This document shows positions 18,441-27,949 of a stretch of DNA of 64,000 nt, piece by piece. The notes below the pieces were generated by a model. That model was not told the DNA's origin. It worked only from the letters and a program-made list of their open reading frames with translations, and made no database searches. The first letter of the stretch is position 1; each line of letters starts with the position of its first letter. A program made the translations under genes and the position numbers. The DNA is taken from assembly GCA_965237905.1 (NCBI GenBank), contig OZ250172.1, positions 1,088,001 through 1,152,000 on the forward strand, given 5' to 3'. Source of the DNA: Nitrospinaceae bacterium. GTDB lineage: Bacteria > Nitrospinota > Nitrospinia > Nitrospinales > Nitrospinaceae.

Positions 18441-18955
18441 ATGCGAATCCAAAGGAAATATAAAAATCTGGGAATATTTCTGACCGGGTGCCTGCTTCTG
18501 TGCTTTCTAATCGGCCCCGCCTGGGCGGAACCCGACCCGAAGGCCGAACTGTTGCTCCAAAAAAGGGACCCGTACCACGCCGCCTGCGGGTGGTGCGCCG
18601 ATCTATTCAGCCTGAAGGAAAACGACAACCGGAAGGATTTCAGGGAATACAACGCAAACGCGCAAACCGGGTATTATGAGATCGATGTATTGGGGCCTGC
18701 CGGAACCACGGTGACGCTCTACGGGTCTCAAAACCATGGCCTGAAACACGGTACCTGATCCTGGTCAAAAAAGATGCCCGTCCCGTTGAGGTAGGAGACC
18801 TGCACAATCTGCCGCCGCGCCAGTGGGTGGATGTGGGTACTGCGCAAACCGGTGTCTATTCAGTGTGGTATCATCCGGCCTCTTATTTCAAGGAACGCAT
18901 TGCCTCGGTGCGCTGGGGGCAATGGTGGACCGAACTGCCGCCCGCAAATAAATGA
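18441..18955 (+). pseudogene. CGWC secreted protein copy B, 1-nt frameshift at ~18750
   Basis: CAC GG TAC CTG versus copy A AAC GGG TAT TTG; homology resumes in the shifted frame through ..WGQWWTELPPANK* (TGA 18953-18955). Confidence 0.85.
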
Positions 18956-18969
18956 GGAATAAGCATTTG

Positions 18970-20056
18970 ATGAACCGGATGACGACCCTTCCCCGCTCCC
19001 TGGCCCTGGGCCTGATGCTCACCCTCGCGTTGCCGGCCACTGCGCCTGATGCTCACCCTCGCGTTGCCGGCCACTGCGCCTGCGGAGCCGTTCCAGCTCA
19101 ACGGAAAACCCATTCCCGACAAAGTCGCTGTGGTCAATGGGGTCGCACTGGATTCGCAATTGCTGATCAGCGAGATCAAGGTCTATCGCCTGATGAACCG
19201 GCAGAAAAACAAGACACTCTCCGAAAAAGAGCTGGCCGAGTTTTCCCATCAGGCGCTGGCCCGCCTGGTGGATCAGGAATTGATTTATCAGGAAGCGCGG
19301 AAGAAAAATATTCGGGTCGATCCCAAACTGCTGGAGCAGAAGGTCCAGCAAGTCCGCGAGCAGTTTCCTTCCCAGCAAATGCTCCACACCGCGCTGGATA
19401 TGCAGGGGCTGACGATGGACCTGCTCAAAACCAAGTTCGAAAAACAAATGGCGGAGGAGGCACTCATCCGCCAAGAGGTGGTCCCGAATGTGAAGGTGGA
19501 CGATCCGGAAGTGGACGCCTTCTACCAGGAACATCTGGACAAGTTCCAAACCCCGGAGCAATACGAGATCCACCACATCTTCACCTCCGCCCTGCAACCG
19601 GATGCGCACGGTAAAACCATCCGCGACGAAGCCCTGCGTAAAAAGGCGGAGCGTTTAAATGCTCTGGTGGATCAGGACGCGGCCGAGAAGATCCGGGATC
19701 TGCATCGGCAACTGCAGGAGGGAGCGGATTTCGCGGAACTGGCCAAAGAACATTCCGAAGACAGCGGTAGCGGCTCCAAGGGCGGAAGTTGGGGCGCAGT
19801 GGCATTGAGCGAACTTCCCGAGGTCCTGGCGAATGAATTAAAGAAGCTGAAACAAAATGAAATCAGTGAGCCGATCCGTTCCCCTTACGGATACCATGTC
19901 CTGAAATGGACGAAAATCATTCCTGCGGGGCATGTGAAATTATCCGAGATTAAAACGGATATCATGAACTCCCTGTTGCGGGAGAAAACCCTGGGCGAAC
20001 ATCAGAAGATGGTCTCCAAAATGAGGGAGCAGGCGGATATCCAGCTTTTTTATTGA
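18970..20056 (+). CDS. SurA/PrsA-like parvulin (PpiC-type) foldase; signal peptide frameshifted by a 34-bp duplication (intact ORF from 19049)
   Basis: VAVVNG, L..LVDQELIYQEA, HHIF, FAELAKEHSED.GS..KGG, SEPIRSPYGYHVLK; tandem repeat at 19011-19078. Confidence 0.8.
19011..19078 (+). repeat. Perfect 34-bp tandem duplication
   Basis: CCTGATGCTCACCCTCGCGTTGCCGGCCACTGCG x2, bounded by GCCTG microhomology. Confidence 0.95.
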
Positions 20057-20198
20057 AAACTACGCACCAGAGTTGCTTATACTGGTATTGCCGGTGGCAT
20101 GAGCCGGACGGAACGATCTCCGATGGGGTGGTCTCCACTCACTCCCACCCGTGCCGCTGGGTTGCATGAACAATTCCTCTCACTGATCGTAAGGACCT

Positions 20199-21026
20199 AT
20201 GGAATTTCTGGAGCTTCTACTGGGAACGATTTGGTTGCGTCCCTATGTGTTTATTTTTCTCTTCAGTTATCTGGCCATCGCCATCCTTGATATAGGCGTC
20301 AAGCGGTCGCTCCTTTTTACCGTATTGGCTTTCGGCATCGCGTTTGCGGCGGAATATTCCTCGACCCGGAACGGGTTTCCCTTCGGATTTTACAGCTATA
20401 TCGAGACGACCCGTGATCAGGAGTTGTGGTTTTCAAATGTCCCCTTCCTGGACCCGATTTCTTTCAGCTTTCTATCTTACGTCAGCTATACCTTGAGCCT
20501 GTTCCTGTGGTGTCCGTTGAAAAAACGCGGATGGGATATCCGGCTCGCGGAGACGAGCGCCATCAAATATTCCTGGCGGGTCATCCTGACGGGAGCGGTG
20601 TTGATGATGATGTTGGATGTGGTGATCGATCCTGTTTCGTTTTTGGGCGACCGCTGGTTTCTGGGGCAAATTTATACCTACAAAGAACAGGGAGAATATT
20701 TTAATATTCCACTCACTAATTTTTTCGGCTGGTTTGTCGTTGGGGTCACCATTCTTTTTTGCTTTACGCGAATCGACGCCTGGCTGGCGCGCCGGGGGTT
20801 CCGGGATATGGGAATGCGGCAGGTACCGGGGCAGGCCCTTCTGGGACCGGCGGTGTACTTCGGCGTTTTGGTATTTACTCTGGGAGTGACATTTTATATC
20901 GGAGAGTTTTTCATGGGGTTCTGCGGGTTAGGCGTGACGCTTTTTCTGTTGTCCCTGCCTCTGGTCAAAGTCTTTCAAAAAGAGAGGGTTTCGAAACCGT
21001 CGGATTCAGCGGTAATTAGTAAATGA
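20199..21026 (+). CDS. CruF/DUF422-type (carotenoid biosynthesis) membrane protein
   Basis: [34 protein letters not shown] motifs; multiple TM segments. Confidence 0.7.
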   Translation: MEFLELLLGTIWLRPYVFIFLFSYLAIAILDIGVKRSLLFTVLAFGIAFAAEYSSTRNGFPFGFYSYIETTRDQELWFSNVPFLDPISFSFLSYVSYTLSLFLWCPLKKRGWDIRLAETSAIKYSWRVILTGAVLMMMLDVVIDPVSFLGDRWFLGQIYTYKEQGEYFNIPLTNFFGWFVVGVTILFCFTRIDAWLARRGFRDMGMRQVPGQALLGPAVYFGVLVFTLGVTFYIGEFFMGFCGLGVTLFLLSLPLVKVFQKERVSKPSDSAVISK

Positions 21027-21503
21027 CATGGCGATTCCGAAATCTTTTTCTTTGAGCTCGGCCATCACCGCCTGCAAATCATCCCGGTTTTTGCCGGAAA
21101 CCCGCACCTGATCGTCCATCACCTGCCCCTGGACTTTGATCTTCATCCCTTTGATGGCTTTAGCAATCTCCTTCCCTTTCTCTTGGGGAATTCCCTGTTG
21201 CAGTTGGATTGCCTGGCGAACGGTGTTCCCGCCGGCGGGCTCCACGTTGCCGTAACTGAGGGCTTTGAGTGAAACCTGGCGCTTGATCAGTTTGCTCTCC
21301 AGAATATCGACGACCGATTTCATTTTATGCTCATCGTCGGAAATCAGGTTGAGTGCGGGCACTTTCTCATCGAGGGTGATTTCACTTTTACTGCCTTTAA
21401 AGTCAAACCGCTGACGAACCTCCATCGTGGCCTGGTTGATGGCATTTTTCACTTCCTGAAGATCCACATTTGAAACAATGTCAAAGGAACAATTTTTTGC
21501 CAT
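21006..21503 (-). CDS. yajQ: YajQ family cyclic-di-GMP-binding protein
   Basis: SFDIVS.VDLQEV.NA, RFDFKGS, QVRVSGK.RDDLQ, FTNYR. Confidence 0.95.
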   Translation of the reverse strand: MAKNCSFDIVSNVDLQEVKNAINQATMEVRQRFDFKGSKSEITLDEKVPALNLISDDEHKMKSVVDILESKLIKRQVSLKALSYGNVEPAGGNTVRQAIQLQQGIPQEKGKEIAKAIKGMKIKVQGQVMDDQVRVSGKNRDDLQAVMAELKEKDFGIAMSFTNYR

Positions 21504-21565
21504 CGGTACCGTGTCCTGTACAATGAATAAAAGAGAATAGGCCCTGCCTCAGGGCAAGGCAGAGG

Positions 21566-21796
21566 TTAATGCATCTTGGTGTTCATGTAAAACCCGTAGA
21601 CAAACATGATGATAACTCCAATAATGATGGAGTCGTCAATCAGAACCTCTTTCAAGGTCGGGGAACCGTCATGGAGTAACCAGGGCACCGCTATGAACAG
21701 AACGCCCACAAACCCGACCGCCAGCAATCCCAGGATGGAATATACCAGTAGCTTTTCATTGATTGGGGGTTCGGGGTTCTCGGGGTCATCCATCAT
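21566..21796 (-). CDS. Small two-TM hypothetical membrane protein
   Basis: GGAG RBS before ATG 21796; two hydrophobic helices. Confidence 0.55.
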   Translation of the reverse strand: MMDDPENPEPPINEKLLVYSILGLLAVGFVGVLFIAVPWLLHDGSPTLKEVLIDDSIIIGVIIMFVYGFYMNTKMH

Positions 21797-21849
21797 CCAC
21801 TCCTGATTCCATTCAAGCTCAAAAATAATCGATTCAACGGAGAAGTGCA

Positions 21850-22887
21850 ATGCCTAAATCGAACTACAGCGTTGGGGACCCCCAAGCCGAGCAAATGATT
21901 CAGAATCTGGTGGACTTCTGCGACAACCCCGTCGTGCCGGACCTTTTGAGGGAAATCCTGACCACCGTGGTGAAAATGGGCATGGAGCACCAGGACCGTG
22001 GAGATTTTAAATTGACGAATAACACGCTCAAGGAACTGCGTCATGCTTACCGGGTGTTTTCGCCTTACCGCGAAAAGCGCAAAGTGGTGGTCTTCGGTTC
22101 CGCGCGCACTCCGGAATCCAACCCCTGTTATCAGATGGCCCAGGAAACGGCACAGGCATTGGTCGAGAAAGGGCATATGATCATCACCGGTGCCGGCGGA
22201 GGCATTATGGAAGCGGCCAACCGGGGTGCTGGCAGGGAAAATAGTTTCGGCATTAACATCAGACTCCCCAAGGAGCAGAGCGCAAATCTCCATATCGATG
22301 GCGATTCCAAACTGATGCAATTCAAATATTTTTTCACCCGCAAGCTGATGTTCATCAAGGAATCAGACGCCACCATTCTCTTCCCTGGAGGGTTCGGGAC
22401 TCTCGATGAAGGGCTCGAAAACCTAACTTTATTCCAAACCGGCAAATGCATGCCACGCCCGATTATTCTGGCGGAACCTAAAAATGGAACCTACTGGGAA
22501 AGCCTCGTTCACCAATTCGAGGAGGAACTCCTGTCCAAGGGATACATATCGTCCATTGATATGAATCTGTTCCACATCACTCACTCGGTAGAGGATGCGG
22601 TTCAGCATCTCGAGGATTACTACCGCTATTACCATTCCCTGCGCTATGTCAACGGGTTCACCGTTCTCCGTTTTACGAAGGCCCTGTCTCCGGCGGTGGT
22701 GGAATACCTGAACCATGAATTCCGGGATATTCTCAGAGAGGGAGATTTTCAGGCTTCGGAGGCGCTGGACACGGAAAAAGCCCAGAACGAGTTTTCCGAC
22801 CTGCCTCGCCTGGTTTTTCAATTCAACAAACAACATTTTGGACGTTTGAACGAAATGATCCTGTGGATCAACCGGAACCTGATCTAG
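21850..22887 (+). CDS. LOG/SLOG family protein (TIGR00730-type nucleotide phosphoribohydrolase-like)
   Basis: VFGSAR, ITGAGGGIMEAANRGA, YFFTRKLMF, PGGFGTLDE. Confidence 0.88.
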   Translation: MPKSNYSVGDPQAEQMIQNLVDFCDNPVVPDLLREILTTVVKMGMEHQDRGDFKLTNNTLKELRHAYRVFSPYREKRKVVVFGSARTPESNPCYQMAQETAQALVEKGHMIITGAGGGIMEAANRGAGRENSFGINIRLPKEQSANLHIDGDSKLMQFKYFFTRKLMFIKESDATILFPGGFGTLDEGLENLTLFQTGKCMPRPIILAEPKNGTYWESLVHQFEEELLSKGYISSIDMNLFHITHSVEDAVQHLEDYYRYYHSLRYVNGFTVLRFTKALSPAVVEYLNHEFRDILREGDFQASEALDTEKAQNEFSDLPRLVFQFNKQHFGRLNEMILWINRNLI

Positions 22888-23083
22888 CCCTTTCAAAAAA
22901 CCCGGTAAGGGGGTTAATTACAAAAATTCTCTTCGATTCGTTAAAATTTTATAATTCCCCTCGATTCATTTATCATTTTTTGCACATTCTCTCTTTATCT
23001 CCCCTATCCCCAATCACTTTCAAAAATTCGGAATTTCTTGATTTTAAGTGCTTTACAAGCGAATGTCAGCGGCTACTGCGTAT

Positions 23084-23099
23084 TGGCCAGCGTTTTGCA
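23084..23099 (+). promoter_or_regulatory. Putative sigma-54 (-24/-12) promoter
   Basis: TGGCCAGCGTTTTGCA = GG-N10-GC with TTGC, 60 nt upstream of the ATG at 23160, preceded by an AT-rich region. Confidence 0.65.
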
Positions 23100-23159
23100 A
23101 TGTATCTGCTCATATCCACACTTTATTAAACCCAAAACATTCTCGGGGGAGATTGAACT

Positions 23160-23543
23160 ATGACAGCGATTCAATATATGAAAAAAGGACAGGTTGTTTT
23201 TAACGAAGGAAGCCGTAGTGACTATGCATTTATCATCGAGGACGGACAGGTGGAAGTATCCCGAAAACGCAAAGATGGCAATATTGAAGTTGTCGACATT
23301 TTAGGACGAAACGATATCTTTGGAGAAATGGGGATGATCGACGGCAGACCGCGCTCGGCCACGGTCACGGCCTTGGAAAACAGCAAATTTACCATGATCA
23401 CCCGCGATGATTTAAATGCAATGACCCGCAAGGATCCTAAAGCCTGGGTTCCGATTGTGAAAGCGATGTCAGCACGATTGCGGCGTTCCACAACCAAGGA
23501 AAAAAAATACCTGCGTAACGCGGGTCTGGTTCGTACTCGATAA
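23160..23543 (+). CDS. Stand-alone cyclic-nucleotide-binding domain protein
   Basis: G.VVF.EG, II.DG.VEV, FGEMGMID..PRSATV; no HTH. Confidence 0.85.
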   Translation: MTAIQYMKKGQVVFNEGSRSDYAFIIEDGQVEVSRKRKDGNIEVVDILGRNDIFGEMGMIDGRPRSATVTALENSKFTMITRDDLNAMTRKDPKAWVPIVKAMSARLRRSTTKEKKYLRNAGLVRTR

Positions 23544-23637
23544 CCGGTCTTTCTTTTGACTTGGTTTACTTCGCCGTGCATCTGGGCTAGAATATTCGGC
23601 CAGATCAACTTCTTGGGGGTGTTCGTCTTACAAAAGA

Positions 23638-24830
23638 TTGACTCCCAAACCGAAAACCCTCCGGCCCGGCGAAACCTTGAGAATCCTGAGAACCATCGAT
23701 TCATTCCAGCCGAATAGTTTGGAGTCTGCCCAGCAAGCCTGGCAGATTTCCAATCGGCTGGAGCAAAAAGGAGTTCGATCCCCACTGCTCACCACGGTCT
23801 CCTCTTCGGACGACCGGTCATCAAAGAAGGAAACCCTGGGCCAGGTTCAGATCACCCGGGTTCCCGTTCAGTTTGCGCTGGGGCAGTACAAGGTCAGCTT
23901 CGGGATGATGACCTACCTGCGACGGTATCATGTCTTCCACAGCCACCTGTACCGTACGTTTCAAACGGACTGCTCTTTTTTTTTGCGTTGATTCGCCAGA
24001 AACCGTTTGTGCTGAGCACCCACGGATCCCTGCTGGATTACAAAAAATACCTTCAACCCTCCTCCAACTCTTTCCCCTACAAGCTATATGATGGTTTAAC
24101 TTTTAAAACCACCGCCAAGCGGGCCGATGCTGTCGTGGTGTCCTCTCAAATGGAATATGAAGAGGCGCTGGAGTTTGGTATCCATAAAAACAAACTGCAT
24201 ATCATTCCCGACGGCATCGAGAGTTCCGGTCCAGCAGTCGACCGTTCCTCCCGGCAGGGGGCGCCTTTAAATTTATTATTTGCCGGATCGATGACCCGAT
24301 TCCGGCGCGTGGAGTTATTGCTCAGGGCCGCCCGTAAGTTGACCCTGCCCTTCCGGGTCACCCTCGTCGCCACCAACAATATCGTTAAAACCGGCGGCTC
24401 AACAGAATATTTCACGGAACTGAAAAAACTCGCCAAAACATTGGGCATCGAAGACCGGGTGGACTTTCTGGGCAACCCCTCCCCGGAAGACATGAAAAAC
24501 TGCTATTCCAATGCCGACCTGTTCATCAATCCTTCAGCCTATGAAACCTCCGGGAAAATCCTACTGGAAGCCGGAGCCAGTGGACTGCCCATAATCTCCA
24601 CCCCCGTAGGCCTTGCCAACGAGATCGTCACATCGGGAGAAAACGGGTTCATCGTTCCCGCCGACCCGGACATGATTTGCGACCGGATCCTGCAACTCAA
24701 CAACCCGGACACACGGAAAAAATTCGGGCATCATATCCGCGGGAAAGTGCTGAACGCGTTCGGATGGAACACGGTCATGGACCGTTACATGGAGCTTTAC
24801 GGCTCGCTAAAGAAACCATATACTGGTTAA
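23638..24830 (+). pseudogene. Glycosyltransferase family 4, split by a frameshift in a T9 tract (23976-23984)
   Basis: N-terminal part (RILRTIDSF..HVFHSH) ends 23991; C-terminal part (KPFVLSTHGS..ADLFINPSAYE..LLEAGASGLPII) starts 23988; T10 or T7 restores one ORF. Confidence 0.75.
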
Positions 24831-24902
24831 AAGAATTCGTGAATCCCTGGGAACAGGATCCATTAAAATTCTTTCCCTCAATCAAATCCAAAACCGGACC
24901 TC

Positions 24903-25685
24903 GTGAAAACCAACATTGCCCTCTACCAGGAAAGCCTGAAATCCGATCAGGTGGATTATGAAACCCCTTATGAATCCGTCGCCACGGACTTCTACCGGGA
25001 ATTGATTACAGGCGTGATCCATGATCGGTCTGCGCGCATTCTTGATTTAGGATGCTTCAAGGGTATCCTCGTGGACAAGTTGAGTGATTATTCAACGGTT
25101 GGGCTGGATGTCACCACCGCGGGGTTTATGAAACAAGGCAAATACGTTCTCGGTATCGGGGAGCAACTGCCCTTTAAAGACAATTCATTCGATTGCGTGG
25201 CGATGACGGAAGTCATCGAGCATATTCTGGAACCTGAGCGGGTTTTTGTGGAAATTCGCCGGATCCTCAAGGACGGAGGCTACCTCCTGATCACCCATCC
25301 CAACAAATACAACTTACTGGATGAAGCTCTCGAATGGTTTAAAGAGAACCGGTGGATTCGCAAGATGCTGAATCGGCCGATCTATCAGGGCGTTCAGCAC
25401 GTGCAATCGTTTTATTACAGCGACACCATCAAGGCGCTCCAGCCCTTTCATTTTAATATCCACTCGCGGCACGCCCTGACTTTTTCCCTGTTTCGCCTTT
25501 TTTCCATACTCGTGTATGGCCGCTTCAAATGGGACAACTCCTTTGAATTTCTCAAAAAGTTTATCAAAGGGGAACGATTCATCATCCAGCGTTTGGGACG
25601 GCTGGGCCAGCTTTTGTCCGGCAGTTGCATCATGCTTTTTCAATTGAAAAAATCGGGGTCCCCTCCCCCCACTCCTCAGCAATGA
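24903..25685 (+). CDS. Class I SAM-dependent methyltransferase (Methyltransf_11-like)
   Basis: ILDLGCFKG, LPFKDNSFDCV...EVIEHI, RILKDGGYLLITHPN. Confidence 0.85.
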   Translation: MKTNIALYQESLKSDQVDYETPYESVATDFYRELITGVIHDRSARILDLGCFKGILVDKLSDYSTVGLDVTTAGFMKQGKYVLGIGEQLPFKDNSFDCVAMTEVIEHILEPERVFVEIRRILKDGGYLLITHPNKYNLLDEALEWFKENRWIRKMLNRPIYQGVQHVQSFYYSDTIKALQPFHFNIHSRHALTFSLFRLFSILVYGRFKWDNSFEFLKKFIKGERFIIQRLGRLGQLLSGSCIMLFQLKKSGSPPPTPQQ

Positions 25686-26893
25686 AAAAGAAACTACTCT
25701 TATTCGCGTCGACCTTTCCCCGCTGGGAAGACGACACTGAAATTCCACGGTTCGTGTTCGAACTGGGAGTGGAACTGCGGAGATACTTCGAGGTGTACGC
25801 CTTGGCACCGCACACCCCCGGCGCGGCTAAATCCGAAAACCTGGAAGGGATTCAGGTCATCCGGTTCCCCTATTTTTATCCGGAAGAAAAACAACGACTG
25901 GCGTATGGCACCGGCATGATGGCCAGCCTGAAATCCGATCCCTGGACGTACCTGCAGGTGCCTTCCTTTTTATTCTGTCAATGGAGGGCCCTGCGCCGAA
26001 CCGTCCGCGAACATAACATCGACATCGTCAACAACCATTGGATGATTCCGCAAGGCTTCATCGCGTCCCTTCCCCCCCGACTGTACTGCAAACAGGTATT
26101 GACCATTCATGCCGCGGGATTGTTCGCATTGCGGCGCCTGCCTTTGGGCAAGTTCATGGCGCGGCGGATGGTCCGCCGGTCCGACCTCATTTATAGCGTC
26201 AGCTCCTACAACCAGCAGATTCTGGAACAACTGGTCCGGCACCCGGTCGACTGCCGGATTTTACCGATGGGCATCGACACGTATTATTATGAAAACCACT
26301 CCGATCCGGCCACGCTCCGCAATGAGTTGGGCCTGCCTGCCGGAAAAATTATTTTGTATGTCGGAAAACTGAACGAAAAAAAGGGCATCACCTATCTGCT
26401 CAAGGCCTTTCACTCCATTGCACAAAATCAGCCCGACTGCCATCTGGTCATCGTCGGAACCGGTTTGCTGGAAAGAGCACTCAAGCACGAAACTCAACGG
26501 TTGGAACTGGAATCACGCATCACCTTTGCCGGACAACAGGGCAAGCAGGCTGTACGAAACTGTTTTCAGGCGGCCGATCTGGTCGTCGTCCCGTCCATTA
26601 TCGATTCCACCGGAGAAACGGAAGGATTGCCCGTCGTCCTTTTGGAATCGCTCGCCTCCGGCAAACCGGTGGTCGCCACCCGTGTCGCCGGCGCGCCGGA
26701 TGTGATCGTCGACGGTCACAACGGATTCCTGGCCGAACCCAAAAACCCCAGCGATCTGGCGGAAAAGATGGTGCAGGCCCTGAACGCCGATGCGACTACC
26801 CTCTCCCAAAACGCGCGCGACTCCGTACAAAAATACGACTGGGAAATGATCGGCAAGGATTACCGCGACCGGATACTTGGCCTCTTCGATTAA
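25682..26893 (+). CDS. Glycosyltransferase family 4
   Basis: STFPRW, HW.IPQG, VGKLNEKKG, EGLPVVLLESLASGKPVV; ATGA overlap with the upstream gene. Confidence 0.9.
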   Translation: MKKKLLLFASTFPRWEDDTEIPRFVFELGVELRRYFEVYALAPHTPGAAKSENLEGIQVIRFPYFYPEEKQRLAYGTGMMASLKSDPWTYLQVPSFLFCQWRALRRTVREHNIDIVNNHWMIPQGFIASLPPRLYCKQVLTIHAAGLFALRRLPLGKFMARRMVRRSDLIYSVSSYNQQILEQLVRHPVDCRILPMGIDTYYYENHSDPATLRNELGLPAGKIILYVGKLNEKKGITYLLKAFHSIAQNQPDCHLVIVGTGLLERALKHETQRLELESRITFAGQQGKQAVRNCFQAADLVVVPSIIDSTGETEGLPVVLLESLASGKPVVATRVAGAPDVIVDGHNGFLAEPKNPSDLAEKMVQALNADATTLSQNARDSVQKYDWEMIGKDYRDRILGLFD

Positions 26894-26926
26894 AACCTGC
26901 TATCCACAGAGTGAAGGAAACCGGAT

Positions 26927-27934
26927 TTATTTGCCGCGGAAGGTTTCCTGGGCTTCCTGGACCAGCCGCTCGATCTGGTGGGAGTGGCGCTTGGAATAAT
27001 GAAAGGTTTTCAATTGTTTGACCCCGGCTTCTTTTGCCAGCAGTCCCGCCTGGCGGGTGGTTAAATGGCACCGGTCCCGCGCCCGGTCTTCTTCTTCGGC
27101 AATAAACGGAGATTCACAAAAGAAAAGGTCTGCCTCGCGGACTAAATTGACAACACGCGGAATGTTCGTCGGCGAATACACCGTGTCCGTGATGTAGGCG
27201 ATTTTCTGCCCCGGCGTGATGGTCACCAGCTTTTCTTTGAGCGTGCCCAACGCATATTCCCGCGTCTCCTGCGCACCATTGACGCCCACCGGAACCTGAA
27301 CCACAAGGTCATCGGAAGCGCCTTCATAGATATTCTGCTTGACCCGGTTCAACCATTCACCCGGTTCGAGATGCATCGCCGTCAAACCATCCTTATTGAT
27401 GTTGACGTGAAATTTTTCTTTAATGGCGAAACCTAGACAAGGCACCCGGTGCTCCAGAATTTCCGCCGAAACGGATAATGCCGGTTCGTCCAGAATCACC
27501 CCGCCGCTGAACGGTTCTTCCCGTTCATCGCTTCTTTGAAATTTTTCAATGGCGCGGAACGTTGCTTTGCGCAATTGGTTGGGATGCACTTCCACCACTT
27601 CGAGTGTGAGGGACTCTTCGTAACGGTCGACCAGGTTCCAGGTGAACCCGGCCAGCTTGCCCTCGACATTGGCGATGAAATTTTCCGGACCGTACAAGGT
27701 GATCGCCTTTTCACGTCCAAATACAATACGCAGAAACCGGTCGAACCCAATGAAATGGTCGATGTGGGTATGGCTGACAAAAACGTGCGTCACCTTCAGC
27801 AGATCGGCATTGGTGAGCGGCGACGAATCTCCCAGGTCGAACAGAAACGCCCGCTTCTCGTACAAAAACTGCACGAACAAGCCGGGGTCGCCCAACGGAT
27901 CGTTCACAAGCGATGGATGTAAAATCGGTTTCAT
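26927..27934 (-). CDS. Ribonuclease Z-like metallo-beta-lactamase-fold hydrolase
   Basis: LVND.LGDPGL, SHTHIDHFIGFD (HxHxDH), YITDT, CHLT, FHYSKRH. Confidence 0.8.
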   Translation of the reverse strand: MKPILHPSLVNDPLGDPGLFVQFLYEKRAFLFDLGDSSPLTNADLLKVTHVFVSHTHIDHFIGFDRFLRIVFGREKAITLYGPENFIANVEGKLAGFTWNLVDRYEESLTLEVVEVHPNQLRKATFRAIEKFQRSDEREEPFSGGVILDEPALSVSAEILEHRVPCLGFAIKEKFHVNINKDGLTAMHLEPGEWLNRVKQNIYEGASDDLVVQVPVGVNGAQETREYALGTLKEKLVTITPGQKIAYITDTVYSPTNIPRVVNLVREADLFFCESPFIAEEEDRARDRCHLTTRQAGLLAKEAGVKQLKTFHYSKRHSHQIERLVQEAQETFRGK

Positions 27935-27949
27935 AGTTTGAACCACCGC

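Larger units (their letters stand above)
17701..19087 (+). repeat. Tandem duplication of ~680-700 bp (copy A 17701-18375, copy B 18390-19087)
   Basis: Both copies start GAAATTTCGATATAATGGC and contain the CGWC gene plus the 5' end of the PPIase gene up to CCTGCGGAG. Confidence 0.9.

Noticed and set aside
18756..18758. TGA in CGWC copy B as selenocysteine or read-through
   Set aside because: Homology to copy A continues in a different frame, so it is a 1-nt deletion, not an in-frame stop.
19011..19078. 34-bp repeats as a CRISPR array
   Set aside because: Only two directly abutting copies, no spacer, inside a signal-peptide coding region, and no cas genes.
18952..19614. 220-aa ORF as an independent gene
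   Set aside because: It is the out-of-frame read-through of the foldase start caused by the 34-bp duplication.
20091..20160. tRNA or SRP RNA
   Set aside because: No T-loop/anticodon geometry or CCA end, and no SRP helix-8 consensus.
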